From a bacterium (GTDB lineage Bacteria; Margulisbacteria; Marinamargulisbacteria; GCA-2716485; JAYNIM01): DNA of 64,000 nucleotides. Position numbers and translations under genes: made by a program. This document shows positions 1-8,357 of this stretch, piece by piece. Within the stretch, counting starts at the first letter, position 1, and each line of letters begins with the position of its first letter. The stretch lies in NCBI GenBank assembly GCA_038109055.1, contig JAYNIM010000007.1:5923-69922 (forward strand). Direction: 5' to 3'. Under the pieces are notes generated by a model that saw only the letters and a list, made by a program, of their open reading frames with translations, did not search any database and was not told the DNA's origin.

Positions 1-55
1 GCTGGCCGGCTGAATGCAGCGCATTCAAGAAGGCCGAATCCCACCCTTTCCGCCA
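1..55 (+). repeat. Repeat A, partial copy cut by the window edge, ending in a tRNA-Ser-like 3' end
   Basis: Identical to 158-212; ends GAATCCCACCCTTTCCGCCA (T-loop half, T-stem 3' strand, acceptor 3' strand, G discriminator, CCA). Confidence 0.9.
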
Positions 56-79
56 AAATAAATGATCAATAAATACAAA

Positions 80-212
80 GGGATTCGAAACCAAGAGAGC
101 GCCGACCGAGGAGGGAGGACGAGCGAAGGCCGACAAGGCCTGAGTTAAGCGATCACGGCTGGCCGGCTGAATGCAGCGCATTCAAGAAGGCCGAATCCCA
201 CCCTTTCCGCCA
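80..212 (+). repeat. Repeat A, full GC-rich structured copy (tRNA-linked repeat)
   Basis: GGGATTCG (80-87) is complementary to CGAATCCC (192-199); internal hairpin TGAATGC-agc-GCATTCA (168-184); ends in TTTCCGCCA. Confidence 0.85.
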
Positions 213-224
213 GAGAACCTAATC

Positions 225-381
225 TTTGCAATTTTCATCTTACTCGACTACACGCTGTGCCTGAGGGCTACGCTCTGAGGTAGTCCACGCAATTTGAAAA
301 ATGACAAATGTCAGAACCTCAATGTTTTAAACAGTCCGACACAAAAACCAATCGGTCCGCCAGTAACACTTTTATTACAAA
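225..381 (+). repeat. Repeat B, copy 1 (~157-bp direct repeat)
   Basis: 237-381 is identical to 2380-2524, with near-identity back to 225/2368; contains inverted repeat GACTAC (246-251)/GTAGTC (280-285) and TCCGCCA at 356-362. Confidence 0.95.
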
Positions 382-546
382 TCCAAGTTCATACATCCTC
401 AGACTTAATGCCCTTAGTTATTTTAAATAAAAAAGCAGATTTTTACAGCTATGAAAACATGAATAAAGAATATTTACAAAAAAAAACTTTTTGCATTAAT
501 GTAAAAAATATTTAAAAATAAGTAGATAGACACGGAGGTAACAAGA

Positions 547-2277
547 ATGGAAGGATCAAGAGTAGCACAAAAGCCACCACAGGAACTAAAAGTACCAAGA
601 ACAACAGTGGTAGAAAAAGCAGGTACAGCTAAACAGGTAGAAGCTAGTGATACAGCACTAGCACTAGCTGCAGCAGCAGAACCAGAGCAAGTATCAGCAC
701 CAGAACCAGCAGCAGAAGTAGAAAGGGTAAAAGCGGAAGCAGCAGGTACAGCAGTGGTAAAAAAAAAGGCAGAATTAAATAGATTAGAACGACTATCATC
801 TTTAAAAGACAAAACTAATAGAGCAATGAAGGAGATCCCCCGTTCTAAGGCTAAGATGACTTTTCCAGAAGGATCAAGGGTGCAGGTTAGTGGATTAAAA
901 AAAGCAACTGAGCATAATGGAAAAGTAGGTATTATTACACAATATATTGATGATAAAAATCGATATGTTGTACATTTAGGTGGACAAGCATTGAATATAA
1001 AGCCTGAAAACTTAACTCTGCCTAGCATTCCTAGATTCAAGAAAGTTAGAATTAGTGGGCTACCAGGATCCGAAAGCGGGCTACCAGGATCCGAGCTTAA
1101 TGGTATAGAAGTTTCTTGTACCGGCTATTCAGCAGCAGAACAGATGTGTTGGGTTTGTAGCCCTCAATTAGGTTGTTATGTTGCTATACCTCCTGAGAAC
1201 TTAACGGTTATCGGCGAAATATCTAGGCTCCCTGTTTTAGTACATGTTATCAGGGGACCAAAAATGGGACAGCAATTACCCCTTCATCAGGAAAAAGATG
1301 ATACTTTAGCCTTACAAACAGATGAGGGATATTTTGAAATCAATAAATCAGATGCTATTTTGATGAACAGAACAGAACAAGGTCAATTTGATAATTTTTT
1401 TCATCGTAGAAGTGACTGCGACTATCCATTTTTAGGTGGAGACGAAGAATTTAAAACATATGATACTTTAAATGGGGAAGAAAAAGAAGCCGTACAAAAA
1501 ATACTAAATAGATGCCAAGATGGACAGGAGTGGACATTTGCATTGGTGGGAACGACAATGAACGATATTTTGCCAAAGAAAGTATTTGAAGGCGCTTTTT
1601 ATATTAACCCAGATATAAAATCTGAAATGGCAATTGGTGAAAATATATTTCCAGTAGCATTAGAAGATGTTAAAAAATATCATCTTGCTGCATCTGAGCA
1701 TCCGTTATGTGTTGTCTTGCCTAATGTTTTGGTCTCTCAAGAATCATTGGAAACTGCAACGGGTGTAATACAGGCAGCTTGTTCTCTAGGAGATCATGTG
1801 ATGTTAATACATACAAATCAAATATTACCAAGTTTAGGGGTTGAGTGTTTAAATCAACAAAATAGTGGAATAAAACCTTTTTGTGTATTTCCTTTTTTCA
1901 AGAAGGATGATAGTGATGCTTCTTTAATTGTTCTTCCCTATAACAACCCTATCAAGAAGCTGCTTAAAACATTAGAGTGCAACACTGTAGAAGAGCAAAA
2001 CTGCTTACAAGACATGTTAAAATTTAGTCAAACATATAACCGACATTCAGGCCTGGATGCTATCAGAAACTCCAGCATATTTGAGTTATCTCAATTTATT
2101 GAAGACATGTGTAAAAGTATGGAAGTTGAATATGAAATAAAACCGATACAAGCATTAGGTGAAGCATTTTTTAAACAGGAATTCGAAAAAATGGGTTTTA
2201 TTGAAAAAACAATACCAGCAGAAAATCTAAAATTAAATCCCAATGTAACGATATTGAGTAGGGTATCAACTAGGTAG
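547..2277 (+). CDS. Hypothetical 576-aa protein: Ala/Glu/Lys-rich N-terminus, two SH3-like repeats, unknown C-terminal domain
   Basis: Long ORF with GGAGG RBS upstream; repeats RVQVSGL..HNGKVG..RYVV..IKPENL and KVRISGL..LNG..V..IPPENL. Confidence 0.85.
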   Translation: MEGSRVAQKPPQELKVPRTTVVEKAGTAKQVEASDTALALAAAAEPEQVSAPEPAAEVERVKAEAAGTAVVKKKAELNRLERLSSLKDKTNRAMKEIPRSKAKMTFPEGSRVQVSGLKKATEHNGKVGIITQYIDDKNRYVVHLGGQALNIKPENLTLPSIPRFKKVRISGLPGSESGLPGSELNGIEVSCTGYSAAEQMCWVCSPQLGCYVAIPPENLTVIGEISRLPVLVHVIRGPKMGQQLPLHQEKDDTLALQTDEGYFEINKSDAILMNRTEQGQFDNFFHRRSDCDYPFLGGDEEFKTYDTLNGEEKEAVQKILNRCQDGQEWTFALVGTTMNDILPKKVFEGAFYINPDIKSEMAIGENIFPVALEDVKKYHLAASEHPLCVVLPNVLVSQESLETATGVIQAACSLGDHVMLIHTNQILPSLGVECLNQQNSGIKPFCVFPFFKKDDSDASLIVLPYNNPIKKLLKTLECNTVEEQNCLQDMLKFSQTYNRHSGLDAIRNSSIFELSQFIEDMCKSMEVEYEIKPIQALGEAFFKQEFEKMGFIEKTIPAENLKLNPNVTILSRVSTR

Positions 2278-2367
2278 TAGGTGGGTGTTTAGTAAAGCGA
2301 ATTCGAACAATGTGCCAGAAATCTAAGTAGCTAAAAATAAGTTTAGTTAATTTTGAAAATATTTGAG

Positions 2368-2524
2368 TTTGTAATTTTTATCTTACTCGACTACACGCTG
2401 TGCCTGAGGGCTACGCTCTGAGGTAGTCCACGCAATTTGAAAAATGACAAATGTCAGAACCTCAATGTTTTAAACAGTCCGACACAAAAACCAATCGGTC
2501 CGCCAGTAACACTTTTATTACAAA
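2368..2524 (+). repeat. Repeat B, copy 2
   Basis: Direct repeat of 225-381 at an offset of 2143 bp. Confidence 0.95.
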
Positions 2525-2531
2525 AAAAGAG

Positions 2532-2598
2532 TCGAAACCAAGAGAGCGCCGACCGAAAAGGGAGGACGAGCGAAGGCCGAATCCCACCCTTTCCGCCA
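2532..2598 (+). repeat. Repeat A', internally deleted copy ending in the tRNA-Ser-like 3' end
   Basis: TCGAAACCAAGAGAGCGCCGACCGA..GGGAGGACGAGCGAAGGCCGAATCCCACCCTTTCCGCCA equals repeat A minus 61 bp between two GAAGGCCGA copies. Confidence 0.9.
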
Positions 2599-2778
2599 GT
2601 AATATCCTTATAACAATCTAATAGCGAATTAGTGGGAACATGACAGTCTTAAAATAAGAAATACGTTTAAATGAATTTAACTATATGATGGGCTATTTTA
2701 TTATTAGCAATTCGACATAAAGACAAGTCAGTCCGCCAAAAAATAGTATATTAAATAACAACTATTGATAGATATAAC

Positions 2779-3000
2779 CTATTCTTTATTTCTAAAATCC
2801 TGCATATCACTCATACGTAAAGCAATATGAGAGTCGGCATCAGCTCGTCTACCAAAAGGACCTTGAATTTGCTGAACAGAATGAGCCCTACTTAAACATA
2901 GCTGTTCTTTTTTATCTTCATCAAGAAAGACCTTAAAAATGTGAGAGAAAAAAGATTTTTTTTTATTCATTTTATAAGCACTATGATGTATATTCCCCAT
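2779..3000 (-). CDS. Small hypothetical protein
   Basis: 73-aa ORF in otherwise empty space; no recognisable motif. Confidence 0.35.
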   Translation of the reverse strand: MGNIHHSAYKMNKKKSFFSHIFKVFLDEDKKEQLCLSRAHSVQQIQGPFGRRADADSHIALRMSDMQDFRNKE

Positions 3001-3172
3001 AAATAAACTAATTAAACATGTTTAACAGACTTATAAAAAGCTAAAAAGCTCTATTATTTAGATCGATAAACATTTACCCCTTAATACATAAAGACGTTAC
3101 TGTTAAGCAATATGTCCCATTAACAAGTTTAAATTAAGCTAAAAACAAGACAAAAACCCTTAAGATATTCAC

Positions 3173-4165
3173 CTAATCTTTACGCTTGATTCTTAAAATA
3201 GTCATTTTAGTCGAATAGTTATACGGAGCAGGATCCGCAGGTAATCCCTCCTTAAAATTCTCCAAAAAACCCAGACAATCTTGATGCACAGGAATTATTT
3301 TTTCGATACGCAGATACCCATCTTTACACAAACATTGAAGATCATCATGATGTGTTTTTCCAGATTGAAACAAGGCATTATTAATGCTAACTAAATATCC
3401 ACCATCATGGATTATAGGACGAACTTTATTAATTAGTTTGTGATAATTTTTAGACAAATCAATAGTACCTTTGGGCGTCTTCGAATACACAGGCGGATCT
3501 AATATAACGCAATCAAACAGCTTATGTCTCTTCTTATATTGATTAATACGGGACCAAAAATCACCTATTTGATACTGACTATTTTCAATCCCTTTGCCAT
3601 TCAGCTCAGCCGAACGTTTGGCAACAGCCATAAACTTCGCATTTAAATCTAAATGCACAACCTCACTTGCCCCACCCATCAACGCTGCGATGCCAAGACT
3701 CCCTGTATAAGCAAAAGTATTCAAGACAGACTTTCCCTGCAAATGTGTATATATCCATTCACGTAAATAACGCGTATCCAAATAAAAACTAGAATCCCTA
3801 TTCATCGTCAAATTAAGCGCATACAAAACCCCATTTTCTTTAATGTATTTATCTATTTTGGTCCCAAACACAAGCCGTCCATTTCTCGCCTCCGGACTAT
3901 CACTACGACGTTGTTTGACAATAAAAGACAGTACCCAGGGAAGATTTTCACGCACATAATGAACAAGCTCATCCAAAACTTGGACAGCCTGTTCATCTTT
4001 GTCTCTAGAATAATCATGGCACACAACGGTTCTACCAAACACATCAACGATGACATTAGGAACTCCTTCCAAAAAACCATTAATAAGACGAAACGCCGTC
4101 TCATAGGGCGCTTGAATCATGAAATCTCGTTTCTCAATACAGCGGTGAATTGCTTGAATAAACAT
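3173..4165 (-). CDS. Class I SAM-dependent methyltransferase, RlmI/RlmK-like
   Basis: AFRLING..EG.P..VDVFG, VLNTFAYTGSLG SAM motif and ILDPP. Confidence 0.85.
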   Translation of the reverse strand: MFIQAIHRCIEKRDFMIQAPYETAFRLINGFLEGVPNVIVDVFGRTVVCHDYSRDKDEQAVQVLDELVHYVRENLPWVLSFIVKQRRSDSPEARNGRLVFGTKIDKYIKENGVLYALNLTMNRDSSFYLDTRYLREWIYTHLQGKSVLNTFAYTGSLGIAALMGGASEVVHLDLNAKFMAVAKRSAELNGKGIENSQYQIGDFWSRINQYKKRHKLFDCVILDPPVYSKTPKGTIDLSKNYHKLINKVRPIIHDGGYLVSINNALFQSGKTHHDDLQCLCKDGYLRIEKIIPVHQDCLGFLENFKEGLPADPAPYNYSTKMTILRIKRKD

Positions 4166-4360
4166 ATATACAATCTTATTTTAGACGATTTTTAAATCTT
4201 TGGGCACCTCAAAATCACATACAATCATAAGCATTCTCACTAGATCAAAAAGGCGCGTACTATCACTAAAAATCACATATCTAGTGCTATTTCTAGTTCA
4301 TCCAATAATTCAAGCAATTGAGACTCATTGAAAGCCTTAGAATTTGTGTCTTCTACTTAG

Positions 4361-4669
4361 CTAATCCAAACATTTCACAAACAAAATAAAGCACTAGGGT
4401 TCATATGCATCGCACCGATACTCGCCGACAAAAGTATTCCAGGTGTCACCATCACAATCGGCAACGACCCCGATACAATTGCGTTTATCCAACATCTCAA
4501 TGCCACCCACCAAGAATACCCCGTAAACGATATCGTCATTGACGAAAAAAACAAAATTGTCAGCACACCCGCATACATGCTCGCCAATTCTATCAGTGAA
4601 ACAGCAGAAGGCATTCACAAACTTGTTCAACAAGTACTCCCCCTCAGTAAAACAGCAACACAGGTCTAA
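4361..4669 (+). pseudogene. elbB: 3' remnant of an ElbB/ES1 (DJ-1/PfpI family) glyoxalase gene
   Basis: Frame reads LIQTFHKQNKALGFICIAP...TIGND...DIVIDEKNKIVSTPAYMLANSISETAEGIHKLVQQVL, the ElbB C-terminal half; in-frame TAG at 4358-4360 and no N-terminal half upstream. Confidence 0.85.
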
Positions 4670-4679
4670 AAAAAGGTCC

Positions 4680-5141
4680 TTATTCAGTTGATACTACAGC
4701 CTCAGATCCTAAATCTGAGGCCAACGCTTTTTCCAGGGCGCGCCAAATCAAAGCGGCACACTTCACACGGACCGGAAATTCACAAACACCTTCAAATACC
4801 TTCAAGGAACCTAATGTCGCTTTATCATCACTGGAACACGATTCTGATAACAATGACAAAAAAGCATCTTTAAGACCTAAAGCCTCTGTACAACTAGCTC
4901 CCAATATCCTCTCCGCCATCATCGACGCTGCTGCTTTCGAGATTGCACAGCCCTTCCCTACAAAAGAAATCTGATCAATTTTTTTGTCTTCATCTACCAA
5001 TACATACAACACATACTCATCCCCACATAAAGGATTTTTTCCATGCGCCTGATGGGAATAAGTGTCCAATACCCCAAAATGCCGAGGGTTTTTATTATGC
5101 TCTAAAATAGTCGCTTGATATAACTGCTTCAAACGACTCAT
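4680..5141 (-). CDS. sufU: SUF system sulfur-transfer protein SufU (NifU-like)
   Basis: LYQ..ILEH.KNPR, NPLCGD, GCAIS, RVKCA; follows sufS. Confidence 0.95.
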   Translation of the reverse strand: MSRLKQLYQATILEHNKNPRHFGVLDTYSHQAHGKNPLCGDEYVLYVLVDEDKKIDQISFVGKGCAISKAAASMMAERILGASCTEALGLKDAFLSLLSESCSSDDKATLGSLKVFEGVCEFPVRVKCAALIWRALEKALASDLGSEAVVSTE

Positions 5142-6379
5142 GTCATCACATCCACAACTTTGGCCAAAGCCTTTACAAATACATCCACATCAGAAGGCAA
5201 ATTATAGATAGAAAAAGACGCCCTTAGCATTGCTGCAACATCATAATACTGCATCAAGGGCTGGGCACAATGATGACCGGCCCGCAACGCAACACCCTCT
5301 GTATCCAAAATAGTCCCTGCATCATGCGGATGAATATCCCCTAAATTAAAAGAAATAATCGCAATTTTCTCCTCAGCCTTTCCATATATAGAAAGATTCT
5401 CAAACACCGCCAGTTCCTGCATCGCATAAGCCAACAAAGCTTTTTCATAACGCTGCAAAAAATCAGCGCCTACCTCTTTAACAAAATCAATAGCTGCACC
5501 CAAGCCCACAATCTCTGAAATAGCGGGTGTTCCTGCTTCAAAACGGGCGGGAACAAGAGCGTAGGTAGTGTTAGAAAAGCGTACCGTATCAATCATCGCT
5601 CCTCCACCCTGATAAGGAGGTAAGGCATCCAAAATATCATATTTGCCATACAAAACCCCAATCCCAGTAGGACCAAACAATTTATGTCCCGAAAAACAAT
5701 AAAAGTCACAATCCAATTCTTGCACATTCACCGACATATGCGAGGGCCCCTGAGCGCCATCAAGCAGCACTTTAGCCCCACACGCATGCGCCCTATCAAT
5801 TAAGTCTCTAACAGGATTCACTGTCCCTAAAATATTCGAGGCATGGCACAAGGCTACCAAGGCCGTTTTCTCTGTTAAATAGCTATCAAAAACCTCTATA
5901 TCTAAAGTCCCATTTTCACGAATAGGTACTACCTTCAGAGTCAAATCATAACGTTCACAGGCCAATTGCCAAGGCACAATATTGGCATGATGCTCCATCT
6001 CGGTAATTAAAATTTCCTGCCCAGGTGTGGCAAATACCGCTGGAAACGTAGCAGCGACCAAATTAATCGCCTCCGTCGTGCCGCGAACAAAAACGATCTC
6101 TGAGGCCAAAGCAGCCCCCAGAAAATCAGCTACCTGTTGACGTACGCCTTCACAACGCTGCGTTGCTTCCTGACTTAAACTATACACACCCCGATGCACC
6201 GTGGCATACTCATTTTTATAAAAGGTTTCTAAAATCTTTATCACAGACAAGGGTTTATGTGTAGTCGCAGCGCTATCCAAATAACACAAGGATGGCGTCG
6301 CCTCAAAAATAGGAAACATATGCCTAAGTTTAGTCGCCTTAACAAGATCTTGCTTAGAAAAAAAGGCCTGACTAGACAT
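5138..6379 (-). CDS. sufS: Cysteine desulfurase SufS
   Basis: YLDSAATT, FSGHKLFGPTGIG (PLP Lys), RAGHHCAQP. Confidence 0.97.
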   Translation of the reverse strand: MSSQAFFSKQDLVKATKLRHMFPIFEATPSLCYLDSAATTHKPLSVIKILETFYKNEYATVHRGVYSLSQEATQRCEGVRQQVADFLGAALASEIVFVRGTTEAINLVAATFPAVFATPGQEILITEMEHHANIVPWQLACERYDLTLKVVPIRENGTLDIEVFDSYLTEKTALVALCHASNILGTVNPVRDLIDRAHACGAKVLLDGAQGPSHMSVNVQELDCDFYCFSGHKLFGPTGIGVLYGKYDILDALPPYQGGGAMIDTVRFSNTTYALVPARFEAGTPAISEIVGLGAAIDFVKEVGADFLQRYEKALLAYAMQELAVFENLSIYGKAEEKIAIISFNLGDIHPHDAGTILDTEGVALRAGHHCAQPLMQYYDVAAMLRASFSIYNLPSDVDVFVKALAKVVDVMT

Positions 6380-7604
6380 AACTTAACAACTGCTCAGTGA
6401 TCGCTGAAACGTCTTCAACAAGATCACTATCTTCAGAAAAGTTATCATAAATGTCTGTTACAAAACCTTGCAATAATAAAAATTCAGCCTCTTGCTTTTT
6501 CAAGCCACGACTCTGCAAATACAAGACATGTGCGTCATCCAATTGGCCTACAGTAGATCCATGTCCACACAGCACATCATCGGCATCAATTTTCAACTGA
6601 GGACGCGTCATCACACGTGCCTGATCCGATAGCAACAAATTCGGATTCTCTTGCGATGAATCACAGCCATGTGCCTTAGGTTGAATCGTCACTAGACCAC
6701 TATATTCACAAAAGGATGTTCCTGACAAAACTGTTTTAAAACATTGTTCCGCCTGTCCATTTTTCGAATGATGATCCAAATCTGCATGCTGATAAAAGCG
6801 TTGTTTTTCAGATAAAACAGCCAGTCCATTCAAATACGTTTTAGTATTTTCTCCTAAAAGTGAAACATGAATATCTCGACGCGACATACGAGTTGCATAA
6901 GATAAGGTATTTAAGACAAAACGACTCCCTCTCTGTTGTCGTACCATCACCGTCTCAATCTGAGAACATTGCAAAGACGCATCCACCACATCCACCTGCA
7001 ATTCTGCATCTTCATCCAAGTCAATATCAAGAAACACATTATGGAATAGCTCTGTGCTACTCCCTTTTTGACGATGCGGCAAAAAAACAGTCGCCTTAGC
7101 CCCTTTTTCAAGCACAATATGTATCCGAGAAACAACCATACCTTTCGTCGAACAAATCATAACCGGCAATTCCCTAAATCCCTTATCCTCACCAGCCTCA
7201 ACCTTCAGCAATACAAGATCCGAAAAAGTTAACGAGTTCACATATGAAAAAACAGAACGAGGCAACCCTACACTCATGACCTTATCCCCCAATAACTGTC
7301 CTTCGCTACAAGCAACAAAGTCTTGTTCACCTTGCTGATCTGATGAAAAATTTAACACCCCATCACAAAGTGCCCTATCTGAACAGCGCTTATCCAAACA
7401 AGACTCTTCTAAAGCATCTCGTGCGACATCCGAAACAGAATCCAAAACAGAAAAATCAAAAAAACGCCAAGCCTCTCTAACCTCTGGCTTATTTTGATCA
7501 AAAGCGTCATACGCTGCCATAGACTCTTTCCGAAACTCCGAAAACCCCTGACAATTTCGTTTTTCAACTAAGGTATCTAAAAAAGATAAGAGTCTATTTG
7601 TCAT
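6372..7604 (-). CDS. sufD: Fe-S cluster assembly protein SufD
   Basis: PQLKIDADDVLCGHGSTVGQLD..YLQSRG; between sufC and sufS; start placed at the ATG overlapping the sufC stop. Confidence 0.93.
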   Translation of the reverse strand: MTNRLLSFLDTLVEKRNCQGFSEFRKESMAAYDAFDQNKPEVREAWRFFDFSVLDSVSDVARDALEESCLDKRCSDRALCDGVLNFSSDQQGEQDFVACSEGQLLGDKVMSVGLPRSVFSYVNSLTFSDLVLLKVEAGEDKGFRELPVMICSTKGMVVSRIHIVLEKGAKATVFLPHRQKGSSTELFHNVFLDIDLDEDAELQVDVVDASLQCSQIETVMVRQQRGSRFVLNTLSYATRMSRRDIHVSLLGENTKTYLNGLAVLSEKQRFYQHADLDHHSKNGQAEQCFKTVLSGTSFCEYSGLVTIQPKAHGCDSSQENPNLLLSDQARVMTRPQLKIDADDVLCGHGSTVGQLDDAHVLYLQSRGLKKQEAEFLLLQGFVTDIYDNFSEDSDLVEDVSAITEQLLSYV

Positions 7605-8347
7605 GCCTTCTTTAACAACCAATCATACCCTTTTTCTTCTAATTTCAAAGCAAGACTTTTATCATCAGAGCAAATTAATTTTCCTTTCGCCATAACATGA
7701 ACGACATCCGGTTCAATATAACTTAACAAACGTTGATAGTGTGTAATAATCATAAAAAGTTTATCCGGTGATTTCTGTGAATTCACAACAGCCGAAATTG
7801 TTTTTAATGCATCTATATCCAAACCAGAATCTGTTTCATCCAAAATGACATAAGAAGGATCTAGTAACAACATTTGCAAAATTTCATTACGTTTCTTCTC
7901 ACCTCCAGAAAAGCCATGATTCACCGCTCGTTCCAAATAGGTTTCAGACATATGCAAAACAGAAAGCTTTTCATCAATCAACGAAGCAAAAGCCAAAGGA
8001 TCTACCTCTTTCTTACCTAATGCCTTCTGCTTAACATTATAAATCATACGCAAAAACTGTTCATTATTGACACCGGGAATCTCCACCGGATACTGAAACG
8101 CCATAAAAAGACCTTTCAAAGATCGTTCATCAACATCCAGATCTAAAATAGATTCACCATCTAATAAAATATCCCCCGAAACCACCTCAAAATCTGGACA
8201 CCCTACTATCGTTTTTGACAAGGTACTCTTTCCAGACCCATTAGGTCCCATAATCGCATAACGTTTCCCTTTTTCTAAGGTCATTGAAAGATCATCAATA
8301 ATCACCTTATCCTCAACCTTAACCACCAAGTTCTTTATATCTAACAT
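7601..8347 (-). CDS. sufC: Fe-S cluster assembly ATPase SufC
   Basis: GPNGSGKST, AFQYPVEIPGV, GFSGGEKKRNE, LDETDSGLD. Confidence 0.98.
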   Translation of the reverse strand: MLDIKNLVVKVEDKVIIDDLSMTLEKGKRYAIMGPNGSGKSTLSKTIVGCPDFEVVSGDILLDGESILDLDVDERSLKGLFMAFQYPVEIPGVNNEQFLRMIYNVKQKALGKKEVDPLAFASLIDEKLSVLHMSETYLERAVNHGFSGGEKKRNEILQMLLLDPSYVILDETDSGLDIDALKTISAVVNSQKSPDKLFMIITHYQRLLSYIEPDVVHVMAKGKLICSDDKSLALKLEEKGYDWLLKKA

Positions 8348-8357
8348 ACTTGTCTCC

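Noticed and set aside
36..212. Intact tRNA-Ser genes
   Set aside because: Only the last ~20 nt match a tRNA; no D-arm, anticodon arm or acceptor 5' strand.
294..515. 73-aa ORF
   Set aside because: TTG start inside repeat B, runs into AT-rich promoter-like DNA; the second repeat copy does not continue the same sequence.
474..1040. 188-aa minus-strand ORF
   Set aside because: Antisense shadow of the low-complexity N-terminus of 547-2277.
1..2745. CRISPR array
   Set aside because: Units are 93-157 bp or 2.1 kb, intervening sequences are themselves repeated, and there are no cas genes.
4375..4633. Two 79-aa minus-strand ORFs
   Set aside because: Antisense to the clearly recognisable elbB remnant.
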